DNA of 64,000 nucleotides from a bacterium (GTDB taxonomy: Bacteria > Fidelibacterota > Fidelibacteria > Fidelibacterales > Fidelibacteraceae), in NCBI GenBank assembly GCA_963676395.1, contig OY781066.1, positions 256,001 to 320,000 on the forward strand, written 5' to 3'. The notes under the pieces were generated by a model that was given only the letters and a program-made list of their open reading frames with translations, did not search any database and was not told the origin of the DNA. The position numbers and the translations under genes are program-made. Of the stretch, positions 60,062 through 64,000 are shown piece by piece. Numbering within the stretch: the first letter of the stretch is position 1; each line of letters starts with the position of its first letter.

Positions 60062-60955
60062 ATGAAACGATTCTTACTCACATCTTGGTTATTGATATTG
60101 CTTCTACTGGGAACCTCATGCGGAGTGAATGATTACTTTATTGGAGATTTTGAGGTCGTTGCTCAGGATCTTGAGTTTCCCGAGGGCTTAGCCATTTATG
60201 ATAATCATTTGGTTTTTTCTAACTGTTACGGGGGTTGGATCGCATCAATAAAAGATAATAACTGCGATACCTTACTCAATCGTGAGGACGGGTTGGTTAA
60301 TACAAACGGTACCGCCTTTGACCCGTATGGAAATCTATACATCTGTGAGTATGGAAAAGGAATGATCTTACGTTATAATAAGCAAGGAGAACTTGATACC
60401 TTAAGTTCTAAAGATCATAATGGAAAACGTTTTAATCGACCTAATGATATTGCCTTTGGGCCTTCCGGCATGATATACTTCACCGATCCAAAAAGCTACG
60501 ATGAACAAATCTATGATGGTCGCATTTTTATAGTGGATCCAAATACTGGAAAAACCCAATGGCTGGTTGAAGGTCTACAATTCCCTAATGGTATTTGTTT
60601 TTCCCCTGATGGAAAAACCATGTATATCGGCGAATCGGTAAATAAAAATATTTTAGCTCTAAATCAAAGCGTCGGCATTCTTGATACACTTATCACCCTT
60701 CCCGGCGGTAAGCAAGATCCCGATGGAATAGATGTTGACGAAAACGGCAATTTATATATCGCCTATTTCGGTGGTGGAAAGATCTTTGTCGTTTCACCTA
60801 AAGGTGAAATACTCGATAGCCTTCAAACGCCCGGTTCACGCCCCTCGAATATTGAATTTGGCGGATTCGACATGCGTACACTTTATATCAGTGAATGTGA
60901 AACAAATAAAGTTTACAGCATTAAAACGAGAATACCTGGACACGTAAAAAAATAA
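60062..60955 (+). CDS. SMP-30/gluconolactonase family lipoprotein
   Basis: Lipobox GTSC; FPEG, NG, FNRPND, FTDP, FPNGICFSPDG, PDGIDVD. Confidence 0.9.
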   Translation: MKRFLLTSWLLILLLLGTSCGVNDYFIGDFEVVAQDLEFPEGLAIYDNHLVFSNCYGGWIASIKDNNCDTLLNREDGLVNTNGTAFDPYGNLYICEYGKGMILRYNKQGELDTLSSKDHNGKRFNRPNDIAFGPSGMIYFTDPKSYDEQIYDGRIFIVDPNTGKTQWLVEGLQFPNGICFSPDGKTMYIGESVNKNILALNQSVGILDTLITLPGGKQDPDGIDVDENGNLYIAYFGGGKIFVVSPKGEILDSLQTPGSRPSNIEFGGFDMRTLYISECETNKVYSIKTRIPGHVKK

Positions 60956-60965
60956 AGGAACATAC

Positions 60966-61904
60966 ATGAGTAAACACAAAAAAATCATCATTATCGGATC
61001 AGGACCTTCAGGTCTGACAGCAGCTATCTATGCGGCACGTGCAGGATTAGCACCTCTTATCTTCGAAGGCGCTCAGCCCGGTGGTCAGTTAACCACTACC
61101 ACAGAGATCGAGAACTTCCCCGGCTTCCCGGGTGGAATTACCGGCCCGGAATTAATGGATCAAATGCGCGAACAAGCGCTTAAATTTGGAGCTGACAGTC
61201 AGTATAAAACCATCGTAGACGTCGACCTGAGTTCAAGACCTTTTAAAATCAAAGATGATGAAGAAAATGAATACACGGCGGATACAGTGATCATCTCCAC
61301 AGGTGCCTCCGCCAAATATCTGGGCTTGGAATCTGAAAGTAAACTTAAGGGTTTTGGTGTGTCTGCCTGTGCTACCTGCGACGGTTTTTTCTATAAAGAA
61401 AAAGATATTGTAGTTGTTGGTGGTGGTGATACGGCTTTAGAAGAAGCACTATATCTAACCCATTTCGGTAAAACCGTAACACTTATTCATCGCCGTGATG
61501 AATTCCGTGCATCAAAATTTATGGCCGAAAAAGTCAAAAATCATGAAAAGATCACCATTAAATGGAATTCAGTTGTAGATGAAGTACTAGGTGAACCCGG
61601 TCCAGTAGGTGTTACCGGTGTCCGTATTAAAAATGTAAAAACCGGTACTACCGAAGATCTGCCCGCTGCGGGTTTCTTTGTGGCCATTGGTCATCATCCA
61701 AACTCAGATCTTTTCAAAGGTGTGATCAACACGGACGAAATCGGGTACATCAAAACACTGTCAAATAGCAGTAAAACAAATATCGAAGGTGTTTTTGCCT
61801 GCGGCGATGTTCAAGATCCCAATTACCGTCAAGCCATTACCGCCGCCGGTTCTGGCTGTCAGGCTGCCATGGATGCGGAGCGTTTTCTAACCGAAAACGA
61901 ATAA
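60966..61904 (+). CDS. trxB: Thioredoxin-disulfide reductase
   Basis: GSGPSG, GGQLTTTTEIENFPGF, CATCDG, GGGDTA, HRRDEFRA, GDV. Confidence 0.96.
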   Translation: MSKHKKIIIIGSGPSGLTAAIYAARAGLAPLIFEGAQPGGQLTTTTEIENFPGFPGGITGPELMDQMREQALKFGADSQYKTIVDVDLSSRPFKIKDDEENEYTADTVIISTGASAKYLGLESESKLKGFGVSACATCDGFFYKEKDIVVVGGGDTALEEALYLTHFGKTVTLIHRRDEFRASKFMAEKVKNHEKITIKWNSVVDEVLGEPGPVGVTGVRIKNVKTGTTEDLPAAGFFVAIGHHPNSDLFKGVINTDEIGYIKTLSNSSKTNIEGVFACGDVQDPNYRQAITAAGSGCQAAMDAERFLTENE

Positions 61905-61960
61905 TCGATTGAGTAATGTACCTCATTTTCAATTGATTTACTCTTAAGCTTGGCTTTTAG

Positions 61961-63319
<1,359 letters not shown>

Positions 63320-63334
63320 GTTAATTTTTATATT

Positions 63335-63370
63335 AAGAGCGGAAGGAACTTTTCTTTCCGCTCTTTTCTT
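63335..63370 (+). terminator. Terminator-like hairpin after eno
   Basis: AAGAGCGGAAGGA-ACTTT-TCTTTCCGCTCTT plus T-rich tail. Confidence 0.7.
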
Positions 63371-63378
63371 TTATTATT

Positions 63379-63717
63379 ATGGTTGTTCACAATAAAGATA
63401 AACAAAAAGCATTCAATTCATCAGCCAGGCTCAAAGTCATCATACTGCTGATCCTTCTGTGTTTTGCTTTTCTTTTATTGAACAATAACGGGCTTGTCTA
63501 CCTGTTTAAAGCAAAACAAAAGAATACCGAGCTCATCGAAAAAAAAATGGAACTCGAGAGCAAAGAAGAAAATTTGCTCAATGAGAAAGAAATGTTACAA
63601 AGCGATAAAAAGCATATCGAAAAAAAAGCGCGCGAGCAATACAACATGGTTAAGCCCGGTGAAAAAGTCTATAAAGTCATCGAAGAAGAAGACTTTCACA
63701 ATCGAACACAAGACTAA
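63379..63717 (+). CDS. ftsB: Septum formation initiator FtsB/DivIC
   Basis: TM helix + coiled coil + IEKKAREQYNMVKPGEKVY; conserved position after eno. Confidence 0.85.
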   Translation: MVVHNKDKQKAFNSSARLKVIILLILLCFAFLLLNNNGLVYLFKAKQKNTELIEKKMELESKEENLLNEKEMLQSDKKHIEKKAREQYNMVKPGEKVYKVIEEEDFHNRTQD

Positions 63718-63738
63718 TTAATAATTAGAAGTGAAGGT

Positions 63739-63770
63739 AAAGTCGAGGCATGATGCCTGGGCTTTTTTTT
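63739..63770 (+). terminator. Intrinsic terminator after ftsB
   Basis: AGTCGAGGCA-TGA-TGCCTGGGCT followed by a long T-tract. Confidence 0.7.
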
Positions 63771-63876
63771 ATCACACATAATCCCACATATTTATTCTCA
63801 ATTTAATTCTTAACTCTCAATTCTCATTTTTCAGTTAATAAACTTTCCCCTTTTTACATTTAACTTTTTACTTCGC

Positions 63877-63904
63877 TTTTGCCTTTTGCCCTTTGCCATT
63901 TGCC
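63877..63904. repeat. Heptamer repeat (NTTTGCC) x4
   Basis: ttttgcc|ttttgcc|ctttgcc|atttgcc. Confidence 0.75.
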
Positions 63905-63942
63905 ATTTTTTATATTATCTTTCTCGCGGTGAGGAAATGCTT

Positions 63943-64000
63943 ATGAAGGGTTTCGAAAAAGAAAGAAAAAAGAAGTTAACAACCCCAACCTGGGGCAAAC
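63943..64000 (+). CDS. Start of an unidentified CDS running off the window end
   Basis: RBS GAGG, then ATG; MKGFEKERKKKLTTPTWGK is open to the edge. Confidence 0.45.
   Translation, partial: MKGFEKERKKKLTTPTWGK

Overview
Bacterial chromosomal window, AT-rich, standard genetic code. It is probably from an FCB-group organism (Marinimicrobia/Caldithrix/Ignavibacteria-like). This is inferred from several secreted proteins ending in an 'N(Y/F)PNPFNP...KxxLxK' sorting/FlgD-Ig-like C-terminal domain (CTD) and is not database-checked. Core content: pyrimidine genes with two fusions (pyrB-pyrI and pyrD-pyrK) plus pyrE and pyrF; folE; a U32 hydroxylase; MalY/PatB; a heptose kinase; tRNA-His/Pro/Arg; an SLC12-like transporter; a dcw cluster from mraZ to ftsZ with MraZ boxes (no murB or ddl); an Ala-Glu epimerase; nagA; thrA-asd-thrB and thrC; trxB; eno; ftsB. 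The most unusual part is an AT-rich island directly after ftsZ (about 38.8-43.4 kb). It holds two tandem two-gene modules. In each, an intact secreted gene with a possible TIMP/NTR-like OB fold is coupled through an ATGA overlap to a secreted metzincin (HExxHxxGxxD). Both proteases are independently inactivated while both partner genes stay intact. Other notable non-coding structure: a nested REP-like palindrome cluster, many unrelated 7-bp tandem repeats (one also used in-frame inside a gene), a GC-rich hairpin inside the dcw operon and a perfect CRP/FNR-type site. No CRISPR array, rRNA, integrase or transposase was seen.
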